Assembly: GCA_008632985.1 (NCBI GenBank) | Contig: QPGO01000012.1 | Span: forward strand, 248,001-312,000 | Origin: Psammoneis japonica | Taxonomy: Eukaryota | Length of the DNA: 64,000 nucleotides | Direction: 5' to 3' | Shown: piece after piece, positions 37,040 to 49,638 of the stretch | Layout: every line of letters begins with the position of its first letter | How positions within the stretch are numbered: the first letter of the stretch is position 1 | The notes under the pieces: generated by a model | What the model saw: the letters and a program-made list of their open reading frames with translations, nothing else | What the model was told of the DNA's origin: nothing | The model's database searches: none | Translations under genes and position numbers: made by a program

Positions 37040-37780
37040 CCTGAAATCCAACATGATCTTTTGCCACATCTCACCAAAGCAGGTGCGCCTTGTTTGCCAC
37101 ACATTCTGCTGAGAACTGAGAACATGCGGCTGAGGCCAAAAAATCAGCTGCACTTCCTGTGCACTGCTCTGGTCAGATTTTCATTTGCTGTTGCTGCCCT
37201 TTGGCACTGCTCTTTTAGATGTTTCACCTGTCCTTGTGGTGTTTAGAGGTGAGCAGAGTGGGGAAGTCATTGAACTAAAAAAACTCTTTGATGCTCACAA
37301 CAAGAGAGAGCAGCAGAAGGGGCACATGCACTTGATCAAGAGATGAGGGCTCAGCACAAGCATTTGAAAAAGGCATGGGGCTGGCTTGAAAAGTTCATTG
37401 CTGCAGCTTTTGGCATGATCTGTTTTGGAATGCAAGTGGCTGAGCTGCCCCTGAAATGTGCCTCTGCTGCTGCTGTTTGATGACAAGGGCATGCTGCAAA
37501 GCCCTTGGAAAGCCCTTCACAACCTGTGAGTGCAGCAAGAAAAAAGCAGATGTTGCAGAGACACCCACCCAGCCACTGCTCCTTCTAAAAACAGGCACTG
37601 GAGAGAGGGAGAGAGAGAGAGAGAGTTCTGAGGTTGTATTCTTTGTCCGTTGTCACTGCATCTGTCCCCAGCCATCTCGAGGGTTTCAAAATTTCAAAAA
37701 TCTCCACGTTGCATACAATTACCATATACCTTCATGTATGTATACAGTTTATGATCGACTTCAATCACGAAAGCACGCGA
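37040..37780 (+). repeat. Chimeric duplicated block (copy of ~31415-31570, kinase fragment, LarA tail and flank)
   Basis: gaaatccaacatgatcttttgccacatct and aaaatcagctgc shared with ~31420-31520. 37235-37460 matches ~21985-22225. 37470-37780 matches ~22715-23078. Confidence 0.8.
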
Positions 37781-37879
37781 TGCGTTTCGCGATCTGAGAT
37801 CGAGTGGTTGCTTGTTGCTTGTTGTTGCTCTCGGCGTTTGTCATTGAATATCCATCCTGCATCCTGCATACCCGACGAG

Positions 37880-39954
37880 ATGTTGAAACAACGCTGGGCA
37901 TTCGCAATAGCCTTGTTCTATGTAGCGGTCCTTGTTGGTAATACTGGAAAGAGTTTTTTCTTTCGTGGGTGTTTTGTCGAGGCGCAAATTCTAAACAAGC
38001 CCGGCACCCGAAAAAAATGGGGAGACGTGAGCGCCCGATCAGACTCGACCGAGTTTGAGGAAAAACTAGAAGAGCACCAAAAGGCTGAAAATACACTGCT
38101 AAGTCCTTTTGTGTTTCGAACAGATCAACCCCATCACGTTATTGATGGGTTTTCAAATCTGATTACCAATAGTGCAAAAGGAGTCGTCATGGGCACGTCC
38201 ACATTTCTGGGTTTGCCAATTATTGGTGTCAGATACGGAGGTTTCACGGGTCTGGTACTTGGTGCAATCGTTGGAACGATTGCCGGGATTACGCTCCCTG
38301 TGGTTGGTGCCATATTGGGTCTAACGCAGCTGGTAAAGGGGATACAGTGCACGCCTTCTGCAATACAGAATTCACTCGACAATAGACGAAAGAGTTGCAG
38401 TGTTGAGTACTTACTTGATGGAGAAGCTGCAGAACTCAAAGAACTTCTAAAGACTGGAGATCCGAAACGCAAGAAAGGGCCTTCCAATGTCAAGGACACA
38501 CTCTTTTACGACTTGCTAAATGTCAGTCCAGACGCTACGCCCGCCGAGATTCGACGAGGATATTACAAATCCGCAAAAGAAGCGCACCCAGACAAATCGG
38601 ACGACCCCAATGCGGCAGAGCAATTCCGAAAGATACACACGGCCTATCAAACACTGTCGGACGCCAAGAAGCGAGAGCAATACGATAGAAACGGACCGAC
38701 CATGACGGCGGATGGCCGGCTCAACACGGACGAGCCGACGACCTTGAGTTCTGCCATTGATCCGCTTGTGTTTTTCAGCATCATGTTTGGATCCGAGTCT
38801 GTCGAACCCTATATTGGAGAGTTGAGAATGGCATCAGAAGTGCAAAATTTGTTTCAGTCGGTAAGTATCTTGGAAGGCGGCGAGGCCGTGTTTGACGAAT
38901 CTGGATACTTTCAATCCGAGACGGCAACGACGGAGCGCAAACGCCAAGTCGACATTGCGGTTCATTTGCGAGAAAGGATAGCTTCGTACGTCTTAGAGCT
39001 GGTTCCAGAGAGTGACTTTGTTGAAAGCTGTAGAGAAGAGGCAGAGACAATTGCTAGTTCGAGCTTTGGAGATGTGTTTCTCAAAGCAATCGGCTCTTCC
39101 ATGGTGTTGGAAGCGGATCAGTTTCTTGGCTATCACACAGCCATTCTTGGATGGTTGAAGGGTGGTGTCGCGGGATTGAAAAAGAAAATGCTGGCAAAAC
39201 GACGAGAACTTGACGTTTACATTACCATTGTTCGTGCGTCCCGGGGATTGTTGGGGGCTCTTTCGGAATCCATATCCTTTGTCGCCGCCCAAAGCGCAAA
39301 CGAGGATGAAAAAGTCAAGAATTATTTTTTCTTCAAAGATGATCGGAAGCTCGATCGAAATCTAAGTTTTGACAGCGAAAAGATGGAGCGAGAACTTTTG
39401 CATTCACTCGCGTCGTTTCTAGAATTGGCCTGGGCATTCAACATTCGTGATGTAACAACCACGGTCAAAACCTCGTGTCACAAGCTTCTCAAGGATGAAG
39501 GCGTTTCCTTGACGGAGAGACTTCGACGAGCAGAGGCCCTCCGTATAATGGGACATGAATTTCTTGTTGTAGGAAAGGAGACGGGTGGTAACGAGATGGT
39601 ACCTCGATCTGTGCTGGAGGATATGCAGGCGAGAGCAGAAGTTGCGTTTACATCTGCGACGAGAAAGGTATGTTTTGGTTCTGTGTTGTACTTTTGCCCC
39701 TTATTGCCTTCTGTTTCATCCTTGCTTCCGATTGCAAGCAATACAATTCATTCCTCTCCTTTGCCTTTTTTTCTCTGCAGGCACAAGGGTTTGATGTACC
39801 AACATCCTCGGAAGAAGAGATTTTCCGCAAACGAGCACAGAACGACGCCAAGCAGCAGCAGCAGAATAAAAGACGGCAGACAACTAACCCCGCGGCTGAA
39901 CCTACCAATGTACACAATGGTGCAAGGCGACGAAAGGTACACGTGTCTAGTTGA
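37880..39954 (+). CDS. DnaJ-domain protein with DnaJ-X domain (intron 39668-39780)
   Basis: J domain FYDLLNVSPDATPAEIRRGYY...HPDK...AYQTLSD...YD. IDPLVFFSIMFGSESVEPYIGEL and X-domain AWAFNIRDV...RAEALRIMGHEF. N-terminal signal and Gly-rich hydrophobic segment. Confidence 0.88.
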
Positions 39955-41244
39955 TCATAATACGAAAACGCAAATAATAAGGTCCGTGGATCATTGTTCT
40001 ACATTCGAACAAGAAAATGACACAAGAGAGGAGAGGTGAACTGACGATTGGCTTCCTCTCTTTTATGCCATTATGAGAGGATCGAAAGTACCGTATGTAA
40101 CGTATTTTTAAGCACGAGCAGAGACGACCTCTAGTTTTTCCCTGACAGTGCCGACAATGCTCGCGGTAGTTGAAAAAAGTGAAAAGCTGGAGTGCGATAG
40201 TGGTAAAGGAGAGAAAAGAGTTGCAAAAGTCATACCAGGAAGATATTCCTCTTCACACCACATCTATGTAGAGTGAAGTGCTGCATTGTGATATCGTGTG
40301 GGTCTGGATTGAAAGATACTCTGTATCTTACCGACCGGCAGGAGAGATTCTTGCTTCCGCACGTGTCCTCACACTGATACGATCCATTTTAAAATGTGGT
40401 TGGCTGAACTGCGTTTGAATTCAAAATGAGGAGGAGTCAGCACGACGTTGTGTTCTTCAACGAAAAACAGATGCCGGGTGTCCCGTATATGACGGCAACT
40501 TTGTGGCGGGCTTTTTTTTGAAAAATTGATGGTGGCGTTGGGTGCGTTTGAAAATTAATGCATCAGGCCCAAGGCGTCATTGTCAATATGAACAGTTTCT
40601 TCTCTGATCACGTCATGAGATGTCTTTTCTTATACACAAAATTGTCACATTGAATGAGATCACGATAAGTTTTTGGCGCGTCATCGTTATGGATGTATTA
40701 ATATCATCATACTTTTGAATATTAAGCGTGACGATATACATCATCTATGCCTTACGAAGGGATTATGTGGAATGCAAGTATATATTTTCCTCATCATTAT
40801 ATAACACTCCTAATTGAATAAAGGCATATCCAAGAAGATCGGGGCATTTTGCGATCTTTCCAAAGTTAAAATGAAAACATCCATCAACAAAAGTGGAATA
40901 TGTCGTAAGCCAATACCAATTCCTCTGTAGGTAGAAACCATGTAAACGCCAGCCAAGGTTCCCTCTGCCACACGGAGGTTGAAACCGTCGCACAATTCTA
41001 CGCGATCTTGCTACTGAACGGCGTTGCATTTTTGAGGACAGAGAGTTCCCTCCTCTTTTGTTGGCCCTCATTAATCCTACAACTGCAACGCTCTTGTTGC
41101 AATCTATCGGCTCGCTTCCGTCTCTTATGATACAATATCGATTGATAACACTGCAGTTTCTTTTCTAAACTCGTGTCGTTCTTTCGACGCTCACTTTTTC
41201 CCTTGCGTGCAAACGCACGAGTTGGCTAAAAATATATCATTACA

Positions 41245-42306
41245 ATGAGCCGCTCGTATCATAGCTACGCTCAGAGTAATAACAACAAGCCTCCAATAAT
41301 CGTTCACGATCACGATGTCTTATCGGGTCGAGGTGTCAACATTGCTCACCACCCGGGCAATGAACGCTTTCGAAGCCTCGTGACGACCCGAGCCGATGCG
41401 GCGTATTGCGCAACGTATTCGGCATCAGAAAAACGGGCCGTGGCTACCGAGATTATCAAGCACATTGAGAGCCTCCATCCACCGGGACGTTTCTTACGTC
41501 GAGAGGGTCGAGCTCAATCCTCACGAGGTCTCAACGGTCCCTGGGAAGAACTGACGAAGCGAGAAGCCATCAAAAAGACCTGTCAAGCTCTGCGAGACTG
41601 CAACCGTCAAGACCGACAGGGATACGCGGTGGGAGTCGCCATGCCGGCAGACGTGTTTCAGAACGCGGAATCAAGAGCTGTTTCCGGCATGAGTGGCAAG
41701 GAACATGCCGAAAAGGCGGTCGCTGAGAATGCTGCGGCTGCTGCGGCCGCAGCAACTGCGAGTATCAAGAAGCGTGCTCGTCAAGAAATCACTACTACTG
41801 CGAACGAAGGACATATCTCACCATCGATTGAGAGTGCGGCAGAGTGGCTCGTCAAGAAACAACGTACCGATGAGGCGGCCGCAGCCGCAGCAGCGGCGGC
41901 TGCCGCGGCTGCTGCAGCAGCAGGCTTTGTTACAACTTCTCCAGACAATGTCATTTTGCCACAGGTACACCTTGAAGGAGAACAACATAGCTCTGGCGGC
42001 CCAATGCCATCGTCGTCGTCTTCTTGGAACCACAACCACGATGCGCAAGCAGCAGCCGCTGCTGCGGCTGCAGTTGTAGCTTATCCACCCATTGAATTTG
42101 GTGTGCAGCCTCCAACGCTTCAACCGCATGCACCGTTGCCTCATCATTCGTACGAACAGCAGCAACACCATCACCACCAACACACTCTGATTGCGCCGGC
42201 TCCACCGGGATATCATCAGCAGCAGCAGCAGCAGCAGCAGCTGCAGCATCATGATGGGCTGGAGGATGTTGTGTCACCGGCACAACTCAACATTTCAGAT
42301 CTTTGA
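41245..42306 (+). CDS. DUF6824-domain protein with poly-Ala/Gln/His low-complexity tail (putative regulator)
   Basis: HDVLSGRG...HPGNERFR...GRFL...W...KKTCQALRD signature of the diatom-expanded DUF6824 family. Confidence 0.85.
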   Translation: MSRSYHSYAQSNNNKPPIIVHDHDVLSGRGVNIAHHPGNERFRSLVTTRADAAYCATYSASEKRAVATEIIKHIESLHPPGRFLRREGRAQSSRGLNGPWEELTKREAIKKTCQALRDCNRQDRQGYAVGVAMPADVFQNAESRAVSGMSGKEHAEKAVAENAAAAAAAATASIKKRARQEITTTANEGHISPSIESAAEWLVKKQRTDEAAAAAAAAAAAAAAAAGFVTTSPDNVILPQVHLEGEQHSSGGPMPSSSSSWNHNHDAQAAAAAAAAVVAYPPIEFGVQPPTLQPHAPLPHHSYEQQQHHHHQHTLIAPAPPGYHQQQQQQQQLQHHDGLEDVVSPAQLNISDL

Positions 42307-43561
42307 ACAAGATCATTTTGACTACTACATGATTTTGGGCCGACCAACACGTGATTAAATTCACCTGTCAGGGGCACCCAACACACACAAGATTTTACAC
42401 ATCTAGAGAGAAAAAGAAAGAGCTTGTCGTGTGTATGTGCATGTGACAAAGATGGATTGGATGACCTTCATCTCAAGACATCGAGTATACGACGCACACA
42501 CACGACAGTGCTGATTAGAAAAACAAAGGAGAGAACAAGACGGTATTTGATTGCCTGAAGCTTTCCACAGCTACACTGGGGATACTACAAAAGAGAGAAA
42601 AAGAAAGCGTGGGAGCATACAGTGGGGAGTGGTTACAACTATAGAGAAATATTCAACCACACGATTGGGGCTGCTACTTACTACGGTACTAGCAAATGTT
42701 TTAACGCATTATGTGCTAACTTTTCTAGCTTTTAAATTGTTGGATGGGCGAGCGAGAGAAGCGTTCCGGCAACATGCGAATGTTTCATTGGCTTGGCATC
42801 CACACTATTTCATTCCAGATGATTCTTCGTTCTTTGTGCCGTGGAAGTTTACGACAGCTTCTCGGAAAAGGAAATGGTCAGAGCCGAGCAACTGATGGAG
42901 TGAGATGCAGCCTCTTTTCAACTTTCTTCGAGGACAAAAGACAAGTCACAATGGTGGAAAAAGGCCATGCCAATTGAAGTGGATGAGCAATTACGATCTT
43001 TGCATCTCTCACGCTGTCCACCTCACACTCCTCTTTTCTCTGGCCTTTTGCACCACATCACACGGCAGCACGCTTTTCTTGGAATGAATTTCACAGAGAC
43101 ATGACAACTGTGACCTGTCCTAGATTCAAGATGTTGTGAAGATCACAAATTGGCACTCTAACTCAGCCCTTTCTTCCTCTTGAATCAAGGGGACATGGCA
43201 CATGCTGCTCTGTTGTCGCAGACCAACACCATGCAAGATGGAGTCAAGTCTGCCCCCCTTTTGACTGCAAAACAGAAGCAGACAAGCTGGTCAGATGCCC
43301 AGTGCTTCTCCACTTGATCCAGGCATTCTCTGTTCTTTCTTGGCATGCCCTCAGCTTCTGCAGGGAAGCTGATCAATGGCTCAGTTTGATGAGGAGATGA
43401 CAAGAATGTCTTGAGGAAGCCAATGTCCACATGTGGCTCTCCAACACCTTGCTCAACAAGTTGATGATGCTGCCCCCCTTGGCAGCTCATTTTCTTGAAT
43501 GGTGAAGAATGCATCATGAGGATGATTTGCCATTGTTCTTGGTGCAGCTTCATCCTTGCAG

Positions 43562-44000
43562 TGCAGCATGCATGCAGACAAAAGGTTGTGTTTGTCACGC
43601 CCTTTGTGACATTTAAAGGCTGTAACACGTCGCCGTGATACATTAACTCTTATTAGTAGCTGTATATTGCACTCCTCCCCATGTGTCGCGCGTCCATGCG
43701 GCTCTTTACTAACGTGCACTGACACTGCACGGTTTTGGCGGAACAGTGTGGGTACGTGCGAAGGAACATACAGAACTGCACAGAGTTTTACGCGTTCGAC
43801 AGTGATCAACGTTGCTGCAGACAACTCCCACTCAGGGTTTCGAACCCCTGGCCTCCTGCCCAATGGTTGCGAGATGAACCACATTCACAATGCAGCATGC
43901 ATGCAGACAAAAGGTCATTTTTGTCACGCCCTTTGTGACATTTAAAGGCTGCAACACGTCGCCGTGATGCGTTGACTCTTGTTGGCAGCTGTGTGTTGCA
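43562..44000 (-). mobile_element. TRIM-like miniature LTR element (439 bp, two 110-bp LTRs)
   Basis: Direct repeats 43562-43671 and 43891-44000, each TG...CA. Polypurine tract GGGGAGGAG (minus strand, 43672-43680) abuts one LTR. 4-bp TSD GCAG. Non-coding interior. Confidence 0.82.
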
Positions 44001-44947
44001 GCAGGACAGCAGGGAAACATCATGAAGAAACTTCAGAGCACGAAGGAAAGAATGTCATTTCGATGCCTTTTGTTGCCACACAGTTCAGCAGATGGGCAAA
44101 TCCTTTCTCACAGCATGCCATGCCCTCTCTAAGATGCAATTGTGGAAGATTGCTGGGAACACAAGGTGCAGCCCATTTGACTGTCGTGCTTTGAAGCATG
44201 TCCGCTGGAGGAAGTGAGTGACGTGCTTGAACTCCATTTCTGCTGGGGAGGAAATTGGCGCCCTCCTTGTTGGAGCTGTGATTGGCTTGATGGTCCACTT
44301 CTCTCTGTTGTCAACTTTTTAAAAACCCAAATGTGCTTTCATTGAGTGCAAAGCTTTGCTCTTGGTTTGACCAACTTGGATGAGGCACACTCATGACTGC
44401 TGTTTTCATGTCATCCAGCAATTTAATGTGCGCACCTTGACACGCAGTTTTCTCTTCAGCAACCCTGTGTTTTGGTGCATTGTTGCAAGTTGTTTTGAAA
44501 TGCAGACTTTCATTTTTGTCCTTTGTCTGCCTTGAAAGTGTGTCAAAGTTTTGTGTTGATTGTTGCTGTCATTTGTTCCACTGCAATCTGTGTTTGGTTG
44601 TTGATCATTTTCCCATGTCAGAGAGAGGCATTTTCCACCACACAGCATTCTGGGCTTGTTTGGGGGGGATCTCCCAGATTTTTGAGTCTGCACATGCAAA
44701 CACATTTGGAGCATTGGAAAGTTTCATGATGTGTGAAAGCCTCAGAAATGAACACAAATTTTTGTGAGCTCTTGCAAACTGGGTGACTGCAAACATCTGT
44801 CTTGCATGTTGGTTCACTTTCCACCTGCACCATGCACACACACAACATGCCATGTGCTTTTTTGTGCCAGACAAATTTTGCACACAAAAATGTTGCACTG
44901 TGAATTTTGCTCACACAACACATGTGAGCAGCAGATTGTCTCAATGC

Positions 44948-45154
44948 TGGGGGACGTCTTCGGAAGTGAGACTGTCGAAGAAAGTTACATAGAATTTGCA
45001 CTAAAACAGTCTGTCAATCAGTGCGATTGGGCATTTGGGACCTCTGGACAGATCCCACGTGTTTTTTTGCGTGTACAAAATGCACTGGGAAAACCCCCAA
45101 ACGCACTGGCGATCAGACCGCCTTCGACGATCTCACTTCCAAAGACGCCCCCCA
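44948..45154. mobile_element. MITE family C (207 bp)
   Basis: 33-bp TIRs TGGGGGaCGTCTTcGGAAGTGAGActGTCGAAG with 4 mismatches. Flanking 4-bp duplication ATGC. Confidence 0.72.
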
Positions 45155-45649
45155 ATGCATCATTTTTTTGCACCACGCAGACAAAAATGAAAATGCTGTG
45201 TCTTGCACTTTTTTTCACCAGCTTTGATCAATGTCATTTTTGTTTGAAGCTGTGAGCTCTGCAAAAAGAAGCAGAAGAAAAAGCTGAGTCTTCGTGAGGT
45301 CTTCACAAGTGGCAGCTCGTGGCACAATGTGACAGCTTGCGCTGCTGGGCCTGGTGACTTTTTGCACTGATTCCCAAAGAAAAAGCAACCTGGCAGTCAT
45401 TTGTCAGGGCCCCACTGACAAGTCCAAACAAACAAATGCATCAAGTCCCAATCTGAAATCAAAGTGGCCCATTTGGACTCTTGCTCGAGCTCCGAGCTCT
45501 TCCAAGTTGGAGACGCGCTCTGAGCGAAACGCGAGAAGAGCGAAGCAACAAGCAACACAAGCAACACAGCGAGGCAAACACGCCATTGTTATTAGTTGCA
45601 GTTGTTGTTGTTGTTGTTGCTGCTACTGCTTCACACTACCACCGCAATA

Positions 45650-48600
45650 ATGTCGTCATCAAGCAGTAGTAGCGCAATGTCCCCTCAAGACAAGGAGCTG
45701 TGTCAGAAGGCGCTTGCCACGCTAATGTCTCCGTCTCACTCCAACAAGAATTATCTCTTTTTAGAACCCGTCGATCTCGTGGCCTTTCCAACCTATTCCA
45801 CAATTGTCAAGCGTCCCATGGATTTGGGAACCATTCAAAAGAATCTAGACAAATATCCCACTCGCGACGCCTTTTTTGCCGACTGCATGTTGTGTTTTGA
45901 AAACGCCCTCGTCTTTCACAAGAACAACAAGGAGACGCAGTGGATTATTGGCATGGCGAAGGAAATGATGAAACTAGTCAACAAAGAAAAACGCAACGCG
46001 GAAAAGAAAGCAGGCAAGCCCAAGAGTACGGGACTCAAACTCAAACTCAAGACGACCACCTCGTCGCCGCCTACAACAAAACCAAAAATCAAAATAAAAG
46101 CAGCTGCGAGTAGTAGCAGCACGGTTTCGAGCAGCGGGAGTCAACCGCAAGCAAGACCCAAACTCAAACTCTCTCTGAACAAAAACAAGGTGACAGCGAG
46201 CGCTCCCTCTCGTGGCAAAGTGCCTCCAGCAGCAGCTGCTACTGCTGCTGCAGCGACTGATAAAAAGCCATCCAAACCCAAGATTCAGGTGCGTCTATCA
46301 GCACCCTCGCGAGGAAAGGAACTCCCCGAAGGCGTGGCACCTACAAAACAAAAGCAACCCAAAAAGACTGCTCCCAAAAAGGCAGCAGCTCCCAAGAAAC
46401 CACGAGCCAAAAAGCAATCGTTTGAAATGACCGACGCTCGCAAACTGCAGTGCTTGAAAGTATTGTCGGGACTCAAGCGAAGACGCTCAGAAGACGCCAA
46501 GTGGTTTGCTCATCCCGTTTCCGACAAGGCCATTGTCGATGATTATCGTGCCAAAATTCCCAAACCCATTGATTTGGGAACCATGGCAACCAAATTGGAA
46601 AAGAATCAGTACAAGACGATCACGGATTTTGTCTTGGATGTTCGACGCATTTTTGCAAACTGCCTCCGATACAATGCCACGAGTGGCCGAGACGAATTTC
46701 GAGCCATTGCCGTGGACATGTTACAGCTTGCGGAAGAGCTCATGGCATTCTTTATTGCACGCCCCGAACAACAACCCGGCGGTGGCGTGCCCTATCCGCC
46801 CCTCTTGTACTGTTGGAAGACGTGCGTGACCATTATTGACAATTTGTTAAATGTCAAGAACCCTACCGATGGCTTTCAAACGGCGCATTACTTTTTACAT
46901 CCCATTGCTTTTTACTTCAAGGGCAATGTCCCGCCCGACTATTATGCCAAGGTGAAGCGTCCCATGGACTTTGGGACCGTCACGTCGCTCTTGTTGGAAG
47001 GCGTTACTCAGTCTGTCAAGGAGTTTGCCGACAATTGTGAATTGGTTGTGAATAATTGTTTGGCGTATTATGAAGGCAAACCCGAAGGTGGCGCCGTGTC
47101 GGAACAAGCACTCGCGTTGAAACGGCACATGTCCTCCCAAGGACTGCACGCTCTCATGCCCTACGACCAATCTCCGGCGGGTGCGGCGGCACGAGCCAAG
47201 GCGACCAGTTGGAAAAATGTAAAGTTCCCCAGACCGCCTCCGGCGTTTTTGCTAGCCATGATTACCGACATGCGTCAACAAAAGTATACGGATAAACGAA
47301 CAAGAGTGAGAACGAATATCTTGAATCATTGTGTTTGATAAGCTCTTGCTTTTGCTGACACCCCCCTTGTTTTCTTACCTTTAGATCACGGAACCGGCCA
47401 TTGTGCTCTTTGAGAAACCGGTCAATCCGGTTTTATATCCTGATTACGCACAGGTTGTCAAGACCCCCATGGATGTACAAACGATTGAACAGCGAGCCAA
47501 GGCTAGCTACTACGCGACACCCGAAGACTTTGAACAGGACTTTTTGCAAATATTCAGGAACTGCGAGACCTACAATGTTCCCCGTAAGAGCGATCATATT
47601 GTCAATTTGGGACGATTTGGAGCCAAGTCCTTTCGAAAGATTTACTCGGCAAGAATGAAAGCCTTGGAGAATCCACAGCCACCGCCACAGCCGGTCGCGC
47701 CGGTCCAATCCCAAGACCGCAGCGACCAAAATAAGCGTTCCTTGACGCCGAGTTCTCAGGAAAAACCTAGCAAGAGGATCAAGATTGAGGAGAGAACCAG
47801 CATGCCGGGCAAGGCTGCTCCTCGCATTTCTATTCAGGCTTCCGCGTCGGCTGGGAAGGGACCACGATCGAAATCGCCAAAGCTTTCAGGTTCCTCACAA
47901 AACAACAAAAAGGGTGGCTCTGGTGGAAAAGCAGATGTTCCACTTCACGTGGCCATTGCTCAAATCAAGGAGCGATTTCCGCTTCGCCGACCGTACAAAC
48001 AGCTCGATTCGTGGGAGGGAGCTTGCGCACGCTTTTTTCGAGACCTCATGAAGCACCCTTGGCTTTCGGCGGCCCGCCCCAAGTTTATCTTTCACGTACC
48101 TGTGCCCGTTTTGTTTCCAGAACTCGAAGAAACCTACACGGCCAAAATCAAGAAACCCATGGATCTGACCACGGCCGAGGCCAAGCTGTTGCAGGGAAGC
48201 ATTTATCGATGCGCCAAGGACTTTATCGACGAGGTGGCGCTTGTCTTTGCCAATGCCATTACGTTTAACCGTGCCGGACACGAGTTGGGAGAGCCGCTGT
48301 CGTGCGCGTACTATGACGCCTCTATCCATTTGTTGCGTTATACTCGCTGGCTGTCGCTAGAATTTTTGACCCCCTATCTGTCGGACGATCCTCAAATTGA
48401 CGAGATTGTTCCAAGCGCAGTGCCACCCACATCCTGGAAGTTGTCGGTGGCCAACAAGAAGAAAGCGAGAGAAGAAATGGAGAGCATAGTCATGAATGAA
48501 CCAATCGATAGAAGCATTCAAGGAGATCGCTACACGTGGATGGAGTCGGAATGCGAAAAGTTATTGAAAGCGCTGAGGCACCAGGTAAGCAGCCTTTCTG

Positions 48601-49551
48601 AATATTGAATTTGTTTGTTTGTACTAATCGTTTTCTCTAACACCACATCTTCTGTTCGGTTACAAGTCTGACCTCAAGTACATGACGTTCTTCATCCAAC
48701 CGAACTATCCCGCAGATTACGCGGCGTTTATATCCAAGCCAATGGATTGGGAACGGGTGCAGCGTACTCTAGCCAGACGGGAGTACCATCGGTTTGGGGA
48801 GGTGATTGAAGATCTTCGCCTCATTTTTGTCAATGCGCTCAAGTACAACGCTCGAGCCAAGGGCACCGACACGGTTTCTGGAAGAGCCTATGACTCGGCC
48901 ATTTACATGTCCAAGAAGCTCGAGGCGGCCATTGATAAAATGGTGATTACGGTCAGTGACCGATTGGAAAGGGAACGAATCGACCATGCAAATGCCGAAC
49001 GCGAGATTGAAACGCAAGAACGATTGGAGCGGGAACGTCTCCGAGAACGGGTGAGAGTCGAGGGTGAAGCTGCAGTGTTTGGAGACCAGCAACGAGTCGA
49101 GACTATCGAAACCGTAAGGATTGTCAACCGAAGACCCGCGCAGAAAAGAGAAAAGCTGGACTTTGAGTTTCCGTATTTTGAGGATGATTTGCCCCACGAA
49201 ACTGCCGCGGTGGATATCCAAAAGGGAATGTTTGAGCGACAACGACGGGCGCGTGGCCAAATGTTCAGAATGGCCAAGAGCACCGGTGGCGTATTTTTCC
49301 AGCGCTTGTCGAACAGGGCAAAAGCTATTGAACGAGCAAAGAGAATGCGTGACTTGCGGCTCAAAGCACAAGATAAGACCAGTGCTAAAGCAGCGAGCGG
49401 CAACAAGGCGCAGCCTAAGGTGGGCACCGAGGCAGGTTCCTCTGTTCTGTCCGAGAAGCGAGCTCCAATTGCCATTCGCCTCAAGCAGGTGAAGCACAAG
49501 AAGCCTCGAAAGAAGGCGAAGCCACTTGATTTGGGATTTGATGATGAATGA
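45650..49551 (+). CDS. Multi-bromodomain protein (six bromodomain-like units; introns 47306-47384 and 48585-48666)
   Basis: Six F..PV/PI/PN...Y...P(M/I)D motifs (RPMDLGTI, KPIDLGTM, RPMDFGTV, TPMDVQTI, KPMDLTTA, KPMDWERV) followed by NA/NC..Y/F(N) motifs. GT-AG introns keep the frame. Confidence 0.9.
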
Positions 49552-49638
49552 AGGAAAGAAATGAAATTCAAATGATATATTTAGGAATACAGGATAAATG
49601 ATAATGTAGCATGAAGGGAGACATCGCCTCGCGCATTA

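Noticed and set aside
37634..37879. 5' extension of the DnaJ ORF in the ORF track
   Set aside because: Starts at a non-ATG codon in duplicated non-coding DNA. The ATG at 37880 precedes a signal-like segment.
43826..43890. Functional tRNA gene
   Set aside because: No complete acceptor or anticodon stem; treated only as a tRNA-like segment.
48769..49571. Long antisense ORFs over the bromodomain gene (also over the adhesin-like and GACC genes)
   Set aside because: Shadow ORFs explained by the codon structure of the sense gene.
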